A stretch of DNA of 64,000 bases from the human T2T-CHM13v2.0 reference genome, Homo sapiens (GCF_009914755.1 NC_060940.1), one strand, 5' to 3'; shown: positions 15,201 through 31,200, numbered from the stretch's first letter. Notes: generated by a model not told the origin, from the letters alone. Translations and numbers: made by a program.

Positions 15201-18200
15201 GATTCCAGTGGATGATGATTGCCATCGATTCCATTCGATCACTCCATTCTATTCCATTTGATGATGATTACATTCGATTCCATTTGATGATTCCATCTGA
15301 TTCTATTCGAGGATTCCATTTGATTCCATTCGATGATGATTCCATTCGAGTCCATTCGATGATTTCATTCGAGTACATCCAATGATTCCATTCGAGTCCA
15401 TTAGATGATTCCATTTGATTCCATTTGAAAATGATTCTACTAGAGTCCATTCAATGACTCCATTCGAGTCCATTCAACAATTCCATTCGACTCCATTCGA
15501 TGATTCCATTCGATTCCATTTGATGGTTCCATTCGAGTCCATTTAATCATTACAGTAGAGTCCATTTGGTGATTCCACTGGATTTCTTTTGATAATGATA
15601 CCATTCAATTACATTTGATGATGATCCCATTCAATTTCATTTGATGATGATTCCATTAGAGTCCATTCGATGATTTCATTCGAGTCCCTTCATTGATTCC
15701 ATCCGATTTCATTGGATGATGACTCCATTCGAGTCCATTTGATGATTCCACTCGATTCCATTAGATGATTCCATTGGAGTCCATTTGATTGTTCCATTCG
15801 ATTCCATTCGATTCCTTTCGAAGATTATTCCATTTGAGTCCATTCGATGATGATTCCATTCCATTCCATTCGATGATTCCGTTTGATTCCATTCGATGAT
15901 TCCCTTCGATTCCTTTCTTTGATGATTCCATTCCATTCCATTCAATGATTCCATTCGAATCTATTCCATGATGATTCCTTTCGATTCCATTCGCTGATGT
16001 TTCCGTTCAATTCCATTCGATGATGATTCCGTTCGATTCCATTCATTGAGGATTCCATTTGATTCCATTCAATGATGATTCCATTCTATTCCATTCAATG
16101 ATTGCATTCAATTCCATTCAATGATTATCCCATTAGAGTAAACTCAACGATTCCATTCAATACCATTCGATGATGATTCCTTTTGAGTCCATTCAATGAT
16201 TTCATTCAAGTCCATTTGATGATTCCTTTCAATTCCATTCTATGATGATTCCATTCGAGTCCATTCGATGATTCCATTCGATTGCATTCGATGATTCCAT
16301 TATATTCCATTCAACGGTGATTCCATTCGAGTCCATTCGATGATTCCATTAGAGTACATTTAATGATTGCTTTGTTTTCAATTCGAAGATGATTACATTG
16401 GATTCCATTCTATGATACCATTCGATTCCATTCAATGATGATTCCACTCAAATCCATTGGATGATTCCATTCTTGTCCATTCGGTGATTTCATTAGATTC
16501 CATTCGAGGATGATTCCATTCGATTCCATTCGATGATTCCATTCAATTCCATTCGATGATGATTCCATTCCAGTCCATATGATCATTCCATTTGATTTCA
16601 TTTGATGATGATTCCATTCGATTCCATTCGACGATTCCATTCTATTCCATTCGATGATGATTCCATTCGAGTCCATTCGATCATTCCATTCGAGTCCATT
16701 TAATGATTCCATTGGGTTCAATTCAATGATGATTACATTGGATTCCGTTCTATGATTCCATTCAATTCCGTTCATTGACAATTTGATTAGATTCGATGAT
16801 GATTCCATTTGAGTTCATTCGATGATTCTATTCGATTCTCTTCGATGGTGATTCAATTCTATTATATTGGATGATTCCTTTCGATTCCATTTGATGTTGA
16901 TTCAATTCGATTCTATTCGATGATGATTCCATTGGATTTCACTTGATGATTCTATTCGATTCCATTCAATGATGATTCACTTCTCGTCCATTGGATGATT
17001 CCATTTCATTCCATTCGATGATGATTCCATTCGATTCCATTCGATGATTCCATTTGATTCCATGCGACGGTGAGCAATTCGATTCAATTCCATGATGATT
17101 CTATTTGATTCAATTAGATGATGTTTCCATTCGAATCCATTCCATGATTATTCCATTGGAATCCATTCGGCGATGATTCCATATGAGTCAATTCAATGAT
17201 GATTCCATATGGGTCCGTTCGATGATAATTCCATTTGATTTCATTCGATGCTTCTATTCTATTCCAGTCGATGATGATTCCGTTGGAGTCCATACGATGA
17301 TTCCATTTGATTTCATTTGATGATGATTCCATTCGATGATGATTACATTGGATTCCATTCTATGATTCCATTCAATTCCATTCGTTGATGATTCGATTCC
17401 ATTCAATGATGATTCCATTTGAGTTCATTCGATGATTCTATTCGATTCCGTTCGATGGTGATTCAATTCTATTATATTGGATGATTCCACTCGATTCCAT
17501 TTGATGATTATTCCATTGGAGTCCACTTAGTGAATCCTTTAGATTCTACTCGACGATGATTCCATTCGAGTCCATTCGATGATACCATTCAATTCCATTC
17601 GTTGATGCTTCCATTCAAGTGCATTCGATGATATCATTCGATTCCATTTGATGATAATTCCATTTGATTCCATGCGATGATTCTATTCGATTCCATTCAA
17701 TGATAATTCCATTCAATTCAGTGATTCCTCTGGACTCCATTTGATGATGATTCCATTCAATGATTCCATTCGATTCTATTCGAAAATGATTCCATTTGAA
17801 TCCATTTGATGATGATTCCATTAGATTCCATTTGATGATTCCATTCGATTCCATTCGACGATGATTCCATTCGATTCCGTTTGATGATTCCATTCTATTC
17901 TATTCGATGATGATTCCATTCGATTCCATTCGATGATGATTGGATTCGATTCCATTTGATGATTTCATTTGATTCCATTCGTTAATGATTTCGATCAATT
18001 CCATTCGATGATTCCATTCGATTCCATTCGATAATGATTACATCCGAGTCCATTCGATGATTCCATTGGAGCCTGTTCGATAATTCCATTTGAGTCCAAC
18101 CAATGATTCCACTCATTTCCATTCAATGATTCCATTCGAGTCCATTTGATCATTCCGGTAGGGTCCATTCGATGTTGATTCCATTGGAGTGCATTCGATG

Positions 18201-18327
18201 ATTCCATTCGAGTCCATTTTAGGATTTGATTCGAGTCCTTTCGATGATTCCATTCGATTCCACTCGATGATGATTTCATTCGAGTCCATTCGACACTTCC
18301 AATCGATTCCATTTGATGATTCCATTC
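12219..18327 (+). repeat. Higher-order unit U3, 6109 bp, subtype A
   Basis: Anchors at 12219 and 18328; ORF track repeats at +6109. Confidence 0.93.
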
Positions 18328-21300
18328 GAGTCCAATTGATGATTCCATTCAATTCCATTCGATGATGATTCCGTACGATTCCATTCTGTGATGATTCCAT
18401 GTGATTGCATTCAATGATGATTCCTTTCGATTGCATTCGATTATGATTCATTTCGTGTTCATTCTATGGTTCCACAGGTTTCCATTCGTGTCCATTCCAT
18501 TATTCCATTCTATTCCATTTGATGATGATTCCATTCGATTCCATTCATTGGTGATTCCACTCAATTCCATTCAATGATTCCATTCCATTTCTTTCAACAA
18601 TGATTCCATTAGTTTCTAATCGATGATCCACTTGATTCCATTTGACGACGATTCCATTCTTGTCCATTCGATGATTCCATTTGATTCCATATGATGATGA
18701 TTCCATTCGATTCCATACCATGATGATTCCATTCGAGTCCATTCAATGGTGATTCCATTCAATTCCATTCGATGATTCCTTTCGATTCCATTCGATGATG
18801 ATGGCATTCGATTCCTTTCAATCATTCCCTTTGATTCCATTCAAAGGTGATTTCATTCAAGTCCATTCGATAATTGCATTCGATTCCATTCTATGATGAT
18901 TCCATTCGAGTCCATTTGATGATTCCATTCAATTCAAGTCAATGATGATTCCATTCGATTCCATTCGATGATTCCATTGGATTCCATTCGATGATGATTC
19001 CATTCAAATCCATTCGATAATTCAATTCAAGTCCATTCGATGATGATTCCAATCGAATCCATTCAAAGATTCCATTCAGTTCCATTCGATGATTCCCTTA
19101 GATTCCATTCGATGATTCCACTTGATTGCATTTACGATGATTCCATTCGATTCCATGTGATGATTCCATTCAATTCTATTCAATGATGTCTCCATTTGAT
19201 TCCATTCGACCATGATTGCCTTTGATTCCATTCAATGATTCCATTCGGTTCCGTTTGATGATGATTCCGTTCGATTCCATTTGATGATTCCATTTGATTC
19301 CATTGGATGAGTCCATTCGATTACATTCGATGATTATTCCATTCGAGTGCATTAGATGATTCCATTCGAGTCCATTCGATGATTCCATTCGATTCCATTC
19401 GATGTTGATTCTGTTCAAATCCATTCGATGATTCCACTCGATTCCATTCGTTGACTCCATTTGATCCCATTCGATGATTTCCTTTGATTCCCTTTGATGA
19501 TCATTCCATTTGATTCAATTCGGTGATTTCATTTGATTCCATTCAGTGATGTTTCCATTCGACTCCATTCGATGATGATTCCATTCGACTCCATTCGATT
19601 ATGATTTCATTCAATTCCATTCGATAATGATTCCCTTCGAGTCCATTCGATGATTCCATTCGATTCCATTCAACGATGATTTGATTCGTGTCCATTCGAT
19701 GATTCCATTTGATTCCACTTGATGATGATTCCATTCGAGTCCATTTGATGATTCTATTCAATTCCATACTCCGATGATTTCTTTTGAGCCCACTCAATGC
19801 TTCCACTCGATTCCATATGATGATGACTCCATTCGATGAAATTCGATGATTATTCCATTCGCTTGCTTTCGATGATTCCACTTGAGTCCGTTAGAAGATT
19901 CTATTCAATTACATTCCATGACGATTCCGTTCGAGTCCATTTGATGATTCCATTAGACTCCATTCGACGATGATTCCATTCGATGTTATTCGATGATTCC
20001 ATTCGATCTCATTCGATGATGATTCTATGCAACTCCATTCTATGTTTCCATTCGAGTTCATTCTATTATTCCATTAGATTCCATTCGATGATGATTCCAT
20101 TCGATTCCATTTGATGATTGCATTCTATTTCATTTGATGATGATTCCATTCGAGTCCACTCGATGATTCCATTCGAGTCCATTTAATGAATCCATTGGTT
20201 TCAATTCTATGATGATTACATTGGATTCCATTCGTTGATGATTTCATTCGGTTCCATTCAATGATGATTCCATTCAATTCCTTTCAATGTTTCCATTCAA
20301 TTCCATACGATGATGATTCCATTTGATTTGATTCGACAGTGAGCCATTCGATTCAATTCCATGATGATTCTATTTGATTCAATTGGTTGACATTTCCATT
20401 CGATTCCATTCGATGATGATTCCCTTTGATTCCATTCAAGGATGATTCCATTCTAGCCCATTCAATCATTCCATTCGATTCTATTCAATGATGATTCCAT
20501 TCATGTCGATTTGGTGATTCCATTTGACTTCATTTGATGATGATTCCTTTCAAGTTCATTAGATGATTCCATTCGATTCCATTTGATGATGATCCCATTC
20601 GAGTCCATTCAGTGATTCCATTCGTTTCCATTCCATGATGATTCCATTCCTTTCCATTCAATGATTCCATTCAATACCGTTTGATGATGATTTCATTCGA
20701 GTACATTTGATGATTCCATTTGATTCCATTCGATGATGATTCCATTCGAGTCCATTCGATGATTCTAATCGAATCCATTTGATGATTTCTTTTGATTGTA
20801 TTTGGTGATGATTCCATTGGAGTCCATTCAATGATTCCATTCTATTCCAATCGATGATGATTCCATTAGAGTCCATTTAATGTTTCCAATTGATTCCAGT
20901 CTCTGATGATTACATTCGAGTCCATACGATGATTCCACTCAATTCCATATGATGATGATTCCATTTGATTCCATTCGGTGATTCCATTCTATTCTATTCA
21001 ATGGTGATTCCATTCGAGTACATTAGATGATTCCATTCGATTCCATTCAATGATGATTCTATTTGTGTCCCTTAGATGATTCCACATGATTCCATTAGAT
21101 GATGATACTATTTGAGCCCATCCAATGATTCCCTTCGATTCCATTCGATGAGGATTCCATTCAATTCAATTCATTGGTGATTCTATTCAATTCAATTCTT
21201 TGATTCCATTCCATTCCATTCGACAATGATTCCATTCGATTTCTTTCGATGATTCCACTCGATTCCACTTGACATTGATTCCATTCGATTCCATTCAATG

Positions 21301-24300
21301 ATTCCATTTGATTCCAGTGGATGATGATTGCCATCGATTCCATTCGATCACTCCATTCTATTCCATTTGATGATGATTACATTCGATTCCATTTGATGAT
21401 TCCATCTGATTCTATTCGAGGATTCCATTTGATTCCATTCGATGATGATTCCATTCAAGTCCATTCGATGATTTCATTCGAGTACATCCAATGATTCCAT
21501 TCGAGTCCATTAGATGATTCCATTTGATTCCATTTGAAAATGATTCTACTAGAGTCCATTCAATGACTCCATTCGAGTCCATTCAACAATTCCATTCGAC
21601 TCCATTCGATGATTCCATTCGATTCCATTTGATGGTTCCATTCGAGTCCATTTAATCATTACAGTAGAGTCCATTTGGTGATTCCACTGGATTTCTTTTG
21701 ATAATGATACCATTCAATTACATTTGATGATGATCCCATTCAATTTCATTTGATGATGATTCCATTAGAGTCCATTCGATGATTTCATTCAAGTCCCTTC
21801 ATTGATTCCATCCGATTTCATTGGATGATGACTCCATTCGAGTCCATTCGATGATTCCACTCGATTCCATTAGATGATTCCATTGGAGTCCATTTGATTG
21901 TTCCATCCGATTCCATTCGATTCCTTTCGAAGATTATTCCATTTGAGTCCATTCGATGATGATTCCATTCCATTCCATTCGATGATTCCGTTTGATTCCA
22001 TTCGATGATTCCCTTCGATTCCTTTCTTTGATGATTCCATTCCATTCCATTCAATGATTCCATTCGAATCTATTCCATGATGATTCCTTTCGATTCCATT
22101 CGCTGATGTTTCCGTTCAATTCCATTCGATGATGATTCCGTTCGATTCCATTCATTGAGGATTCCATTTGATTCCATTCAATGATGATTCCATTCTATTC
22201 CATTCAATGATTGCATTCAATTCCATTCAATGATTATCCCATTAGAGTAAACTCAATGATTCCATTCAATACCATTCGATGATGATTCCTTTTGAGTCCA
22301 TTCAATGATTTCATTCAAGTCCATTTGATGATTCCTTTCAATTCCATTCTATGATGATTCCATTCGAGTCCATTCGATGATTCCATTCGATTGCATTCGA
22401 TGATTCCATTATATTCCATTCAACGGTGATTCCATTCGAGTCCATTCGATGATTCCATTAGAGTACATTTAATGATTGCTTTGTTTTCAATTCGAAGATG
22501 ATTACATTGGATTCCATTCTATGATACCATTCGATTCCATTCAATGATGATTCCACTCAAATCCATTGGATGATTCCATTCGTGTCCATTCGGTGATTTC
22601 ATTAGATTCCATTCGAGGATGATTCCATTCGATTCCATTCGATGATTCCATTCAATTCCATTCGATGATGATTCCATTCCAGTCCATATGATCATTCCAT
22701 TTGATTTCATTTGATGATGATTCCATTCGATTCCATTCGACGGTTCCATTCTATTCCATTCGATGATGATTCCATTCGAGTCCATTCGATCATTCCATTC
22801 GAGTCCATTTAATGATTCCATTGGGTTCAATTCAATGATGATTACATTGGATTCCGTTCTATGATTCCATTCAATTCCGTTCATTGACAATTTGATTCCA
22901 TTCGATGATGATTCCATTTGAGTTCATTCGATGATTCTATTCGATTCTCTTCGATGGTGATTCAATTCTATTATATTGGATGATTCCATTCGATTCCATT
23001 TGATGTTGATTCAATTCGATTCTATTCGATGATGATTCCATTGGATTTCACTTGATGATTCTATTCGATTCCATTCAATGATGATTCACTTCTCGTCCAT
23101 TGGATGATTCCATTTCATTCCATTCGATGATGATTCCATTCGATTCCATTCGATGATTCCATTTGATTCCATGCGACGGTGAGCAATTTGATTCAATTCC
23201 ATGATGATTCTATTTGATTCAATTAGATGATGTTTCCATTCGAATCCATTCCATGATTATTCCATTGGAATCCATTCGGCGATGATTCCATATGAGTCAA
23301 TTCAATGATGATTCCATATGGGTCCGTTCGATGATAATTCCATTTGATTTCATTCGATGCTTCTATTCTATTCCAGTCGATGATGATTCCGTTGGAGTCC
23401 ATACGATGATTCCATTTGATTTCATTTGATGATGATTCCATTCGATGATGATTACATTGGATTCCATTCTATGATTCCATTCAATTCCATTCGTTGATGA
23501 TTCGATTCCATTCAATGATGATTCCATTTGAGTTCATTCGATGATTCTATTCGATTCCGTTCGATGGTGATTCAATTCTATTATATTGGATGATTCCACT
23601 CGATTCCATTTGATGATTATTCCATTGGAGTCCACTTAGTGAATCCTTTAGATTCTACTCGACGATGATTCCATTCGAGTCCATTCGATGATACCATTCA
23701 ATTCCATTCGTTGATGCTTCCATTCAAGTGCATTCGATGATATCATTCGATTCCATTTGATGATAATTCCATTTGATTCCATGCGATGATTCTATTCGAT
23801 TCCATTCAATGATAATTCCATTCAATTCAGTGATTCCTCTGGACTCCATTTGATGATGATTCCATTCAATGATTCCATTCGATTCTATTCGAAAATGATT
23901 CCATTTGAATCCATTTGATGATGATTCCATTAGATTCCATTTGATGATTCCATTCGATTCCATTCGACGATGATTCCATTCGATTCCGTTTGATGATTCC
24001 ATTCTATTCTATTCGATGATGATTCCATTCGATTCCATTCGATGATGATTGGATTCGATTCCATTTGATGATTTCATTTGATTCCATTCGTTAATGATTT
24101 CGATCAATTCCATTCGATGATTCCATTCGATTCCATTCGATAATGATTACATCCGAGTCCATTCGATGATTCCATTGGAGCCTGTTCGATAATTCCATTT
24201 GAGTCCAACCAATGATTCCATTCATTTCCATTCAATGATTCCATTCGAGTCCATTTGATCATTCCGGTAGGGTCCATTCGATGTTGATTCCATTGGAGTG

Positions 24301-24436
24301 CATTCGATGATTCCATTCGAGTCCATTTTAGGATTTGATTCGAGTCCTTTCGATGATTCCATTCGATTCCACTCGATGATGATTTCATTCGAGTCCATTC
24401 GACACTTCCAATCGATTCCATTTGATGATTCCATTC
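18328..24436 (+). repeat. Higher-order unit U4, 6109 bp, subtype A
   Basis: Anchors at 18328 and 24437; ORF track repeats at +6109. Confidence 0.93.
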
Positions 24437-27400
24437 GAGTCCAATTGATGATTCCATTCAATTCCATTCGATGATGATTCCGTACGATTCCATTCTGTGA
24501 TGATTCCATGTGACTGCATTCAATGATGATTCCTTTCGATTGCATTCGATTATGATTCATTTCGTGTTCATTCTATGGTTCCACAGGTTTCCATTCGTGT
24601 CCATTCCATTATTCCATTCTATTCCATTTGATGATGATTCCATTCGATTCCATTCATTGGTGATTCCACTCAATTCCATTCAATGATTCCATTCCATTTC
24701 TTTCAACAATGATTCCATTAGTTTCTAATCGATGATCCACTTGATTCCATTTGACGACGATTCCATTCTTGTCCATTCGATGATTCCATTTGATTCCATA
24801 TGATGATGATTCCATTCGATTCCATACCATGATGATTCCATTCGAGTCCATTCAATGGTGATTCCATTCAATTCCATTCGATGATTCCTTTTGATTCCAT
24901 TCGATGATGATGGCATTCGATTCCTTTCAATCATTCCCTTTGATTCCATTCAAAGGTGATTTCATTCAAGTCCATTCGATAATTGCATTCGATTCCATTC
25001 TATGATGATTCCATTCGAGTCCATTTGATGATTCCATTCAATTCAAGTCAATGATGATTCCATTCGATTCCATTCGATGATTCCATTGGATTCCATTCGA
25101 TGATGATTCCATTCAAATCCATTCGATAATTCAATTCAAGTCCATTCGATGATGATTCCAATCGAATCCATTCAAAGACTCCATTCAGTTCCATTCGATG
25201 ATTCCCTTAGATTCCATTCGATGATTCCACTTGATTGCATTTACGATGATTCCATTCGATTCCATGTGATGATTCCATTCAATTCTATTCAATGATGTCT
25301 CCATTTGATTCCATTCGACCATGATTGCCTTTGATTCCATTCAATGATTCCATTCGGTTCCGTTTGATGATGATTCCGTTCGATTCCATTTGATGATTCC
25401 ATTTGATTCCATTGGATGAGTCCATTCGATTACATTCGATGATTATTCCATTCGAGTGCATTAGATGATTCCATTCGAGTCCATTCGATGATTCCATTCG
25501 ATTCCATTCGATGTTGATTCTGTTCAAATCCATTCGATGATTCCACTCGATTCCATTCGTTGACTCCATTTGATCCCATTCGATGATTTCCTTTGATTCC
25601 CTTTGATGATCATTCCATTTGATTCAATTCGGTGATTTCATTTGATTCCATTCAGTGATGTTTCCATTCGACTCCATTCGATGATGATTCCATTCGACTC
25701 CATTCGATTATGATTTCATTCAATTCCATTCGATAATGATTCCCTTCGAGTCCATTCGATGATTCCATTCGATTCCATTCAACGATGATTTGATTCGTGT
25801 CCATTCGATGATTCCATTTGATTCCACTTGATGATGATTCCATTCGAGTCCATTTGATGATTCCATTCAATTCCATACTCCGATGATTTCTTTTGAGCCC
25901 ACTCAATGCTTCCACTCGATTCCATATGATGATGACTCCATTCGATGAAATTCGATGATGATTCCATTCGCTTGCTTTCGATGATGATTCCACTTGAGTC
26001 CGTTAGAAGATTCTATTCAATTACATTCCATGACGATTCCGTTCGAGTCCATTTGATGATTCCATTAGACTCCATTCGACGATGATTCCATTCGATGTTA
26101 TTCGATGATTCCATTCGATCTCATTCGATGATGATTCCATTCAACTCCATTCGATGTTTCCATTCGAGTTCATTCTATTATTCCATTAGATTCCATTCGA
26201 TGATGATTCCATTCGATTCCATTTGATGATTGCATTCTATTTCATTTGATGATGATTCCATTCGAGTCCACTCGATGATTCCATTCGAGTCCATTCGATG
26301 ATTCCATTAGAGTACATTTAATGATTGCTTTGTTTTCAATTCGAAGATGATTACATTGGATTCCATTCTATGATACCATTCGATTCCATTCAATGATGAT
26401 TCCACTCAAATCCATTGGATGATTCCATTCGTGTCCATTCGGTGATTTCATTAGATTCCATTCGAGGATGATTCCATTCGATTCCATTCGATGATTCCAT
26501 TCAATTCCATTCGATGATGATTCCATTCCAGTCCATATGATCATTCCATTTGATTTCATTCGATGATGATTCCATTCGATTCCATTCGATGATTCCATTC
26601 TATTCCATTCGATGATGATTCCATTCGAGTCCATTCGATGATTCCATTCGAGTCCATTTAATGATTCCATTGGGTTCAATTCAATGATGATTACATTGGA
26701 TTCCGTTCTATGATTCCATTCAATTCCGTTCATTGACAATTTGATTCCATTCGATGATGATTCCATTTGAGTTCATTCGATGATTCTATTCGATTCTCTT
26801 CGATGGTGATTCAATTCTATTATATTGGATGATTCCATTCGATTCCATTTGATGTTGATTCAATTCGATTCTATTCGATGATGATTCCATTGGATTTCAC
26901 TTGATGATTCTATTCGATTCCATTCAATGATGATTCACTTCTCGTCCATTGGATGATTCCATTTCATTCCATTCGATGATGATTCCATTCGATTCCATTC
27001 GATGATTCCATTTGATTCCATGCGACGGTGAGCAATTTGATTCAATTCCATGATGATTCTATTTGATTCAATTAGATGATGTTTCCATTCGAATCCATTC
27101 CATGATTATTCCATTGGAATCCATTCGGCGATGATTCCATATGAGTCAATTCAATGATGATTCCATATGGGTCCGTTCGATGATAATTCCATTTGATTTC
27201 ATTCGATGCTTCTATTCTATTCCAGTCGATGATGATTCCGTTGGAGTCCATACGATGATTCCATTTGATTTCATTTGATGATGATTCCATTCGATGATGA
27301 TTACATTGGATTCCATTCTATGATTCCATTCAATTCCATTCGTTGATGATTCGATTCCATTCAATGATGATTCCATTTGATTTCATTCGATGATTCTATT

Positions 27401-28285
27401 CGATTCCGTTCGATGGTGATTCAATTCTCTTATATTGGATGATTCCAGTCGATTCCATTTGATGATTATTCCATTGGAGTCCACTTAGTGAATCCTTTGG
27501 ATTCTACTCGACGATGATTCCATTCGAGTCCATTCGATGATACCATTCAATTCCATTCGTTGATGCTTCCATTCAAGTGCATTCGATGATATCATTCGAT
27601 TCCATTTGATGATAATTCCATTTGATTCCATGCGATGATTCTATTCGATTCCATTCAATGATAATTCCATTCAATTCAGTGATTCCTCTGGACTCCATTT
27701 GATGATGATTCCATTCAATGATTCCATTCGATTCTATTCCAAAATGATTCCATTTGAATCCATTTGATGATGATTCCATTAGATTCCATTTGATGATTCC
27801 ATTCGATTCCATTCGACGATGATTCCATTCGATTCCGTTTGATGATTCCATTCTATTCTATTCGATGATGATTCCATTCGATTCCATTCGATGATGATTG
27901 GATTCGATTCCATTTGATGATTTCATTTGATTCCATTCGTTAATGATTTCGATCAATTCCATTCGATGATTCCATTCGATTCCATTGGATAATGATTACA
28001 TCCGAGTCCATTCGATGATTCCATTGGAGCCTGTTCGATAATTCCATTTGAGTCCAACCAATGATTCCATTCATTTCCATTCAATGATTCCATTCGAGTC
28101 CATTTGATCATTCCGGTAGGGTCCATTCGATGTTGATTCCATTGGAGTGCATTCGATGATTCCATTCGAGTCCATTTTAGGATTTGATTCGAGTCCTTTC
28201 GATGATTCCATTCGATTCCACTCGATGATGATTTCATTCGAGTCCATTCGACACTTCCAATCGATTCCATTTGATGATTCCATTC
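24437..28285 (+). repeat. Truncated higher-order unit U5, 3849 bp (6112-bp type with a 2263-bp internal deletion)
   Basis: Anchors at 24437 and 28286. Carries the +GAT allele at ~25980. Sequence jumps from U1-equivalent ~1856 to ~4120 across 26276-26295. Confidence 0.92.
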
Positions 28286-31200
28286 GAGTCCAATTGATGA
28301 TTCCATTCAATTCCATTCGATGATGATTCCGTACGATTCCATTCTGTGATGATTCCATGTGATTGCATTCAATGATGATTCCTTTCGATTGCATTCGATT
28401 ATGATTCATTTCGTGTTCATTCTATGGTTCCACAGGTTTCCATTCGTGTCCATTCCATTATTCCATTCTATTCCATTTGATGATGATTCCATTCGATTCC
28501 ATTCATTGGTGATTCCACTCAATTCCATTCAATGATTCCATTCCATTTCTTTCAACAATGATTCCATTAGTTTCTAATCGATGATCCACTTGATTCCATT
28601 TGACGACGATTCCATTCTTGTCCATTCGATGATTCCATTTGATTCCATATGATGATGATTCCATTCGATTCCATACCATGATGATTCCATTCGAGTCCAT
28701 TCAATGGTGATTCCATTCAATTCCATTCGATGATTCCTTTCGATTCTATTCGATGATGATGGCATTCGATTCCTTTCAATCATTCCCTTTGATTCCATTC
28801 AAAGGTGATTTCATTCAAGTCCATTCGATAATTGCATTCGATTCCATTCTATGATGATTCCATTCGAGTCCATTTGATGATTCCATTCAATTCAAGTCAA
28901 TGATGATTCCATTCGATTCCATTCGATGATTCCATTGGATTCCATTCGATGATGATTCCATTCAAATCCATTCGATAATTCAATTCAAGTCCATTCGATG
29001 ATGATTATAATCGAATCCATTCAAAGATTCCATTCAGTTCCATTCGATGATTCCCTTAGATTCCATTCGATGATTCCACTTGATTCCATTTACGATGATT
29101 CCATTCTATTCCATGTGATGATTCCCTTCAATTCTATTCAATGGTGTCTCCATTTGATTCCATTCGACCATGATTGCCTTTGATTCCATTCAATGACTCC
29201 ATTCGGTTCCTTTTGATGATGATTCCGTTCGATTCCATTTGATGATTCCATTTGATTCCATTGGATGAGTCCATTCGATTACATTCGATGATTATTCCAT
29301 TCGAGTGCATTAGATGATTCCATTCGAGTCCATTCGATGATTCCATTCGATTCCATTCGATGTTGATTCTGTTCAAATCCATTCGATGATTCCACTCGAT
29401 TCCATTCGTTGACTCCATTTGATCCCATTCGATGATTTCCTTTGATTCCCTTTGATGATCATTCCATTTGATTCAATTCGGTGATTTCATTTGATTCCAT
29501 TCAGTGATGTTTCCATTCGACTCCATTCGATGATGATTCCATTCGACTCCATTCGATTATGATTTCATTCAATTCCATTCGATAATGATTCCCTTCGAGT
29601 CCATTCGATGATTCCATTCGATTTCATTCAACGATGATTTGATTCGTGTCCATTCGATGATTCCATTTGATTCCACTTGATGATGATTCCATTCGAGTCC
29701 ATTTGATGATTCCATTCAATTAAATACTCCGATGATTTCTTTTGAGCCCACTCAATGCTTCCACTCGATTCCATATGATGATGACTCCATTCGATGAAAT
29801 TCGATGATGATTCCACTCGCTTGCTTTCGATGATGATTCCACTTGAGTCCGTTAGAAGATTCTATTCAATTACATTCCATGACGGTTCCGTTCGAGTCCA
29901 TTTGATGATTCCATTAGACTCCATTCGACGATGATTCCATTCGATGTTATTCGATGATTCCATTCGATCTCATTCGATGATGATTCCATTCAACTCCATT
30001 CGATGTTTCCATTCGAGTTCATTCTATTATTCCATTAGATTCCATTCGATGATGATTCCATTCGATTCCATTTGATGATTGCATTCTATTTCATTTGATG
30101 ATGATTCCATTCGAGTCCACTCGATGATTCCATTCGAGTCCATTTAATGAATCCATTGGTTTCAATTCTATGATGATTACTTTGGATTCCATTCGTTGAT
30201 GATTTCATTCGGTTCCATTCAATGATGATTCCATTCAATTCCTTTCAATGTTTCCATTCAATTCCATACGATGATGATTCCATTTGATTTGATTCGACAG
30301 TGAGCCATTCGATTCAATTCCATGATGATTCTATTTGATTCAATTGGTTGACATTTCCATTCGATTCCATTCGATGATGATTCCCTTTGATTCCGTTCAA
30401 AGATGATTCCATTCTAGCCCATTCAATCATTCCATTCGATTCTATTCAATGATGATTCCATTCATGTCGATTTGGTGATTCCATTTGACTTCATTTGATG
30501 ATGATTCCTTTCAAGTTCATTAGATGATTCCATTCGATTCCATTTGATGATGATCCCATTCGAGTCCATTCAGTGATTCCATTCGTTTCCATTCCATGAT
30601 GATTCCATTCCTTTCCATTCAATGATTCCATTCGATTCCGTTTGATGATGATTTCATTCGAGTCCATTTGATGATTCCATTTGATTCCATTCGATGATGA
30701 TTCCATTCGAGTCCATTCGATGATTCTATTCGAATCCATTTGATGATTTCTTTTGATTATATTTGGTGATGATTCCATTGGAGTCCATTCAATGATTCCA
30801 TTCTATTCCCATCGATGATGATTCCATTAGAGTCCATTTAATGATTCCATTTGATTCCAGTCTCTGATGATTACATTCGAGTCCATACGATGATTCCACT
30901 CAATTCCATATGATGATGATTCCATTTGATTCCATTCGGTGATCCCATTCTATTCTATTCAATGGTGATTCCATTCGAGTACATTAGATGATTCCATTCG
31001 ATTCCATTCAATGATGATTCTATTTGTGTCCCTTAGATGACTCCACATGATTCCATTAGATGATGATACTATTTGAGCCCATCCAATGATTCCCTTCGAT
31101 TCCATTCGATGAGGATTCCATTCGATTCAATTCATTGGTGATTCTATTCAATTCAATTCTTTGATTCCATTCCATTCCATTCGACAATGATTCCATTCGA

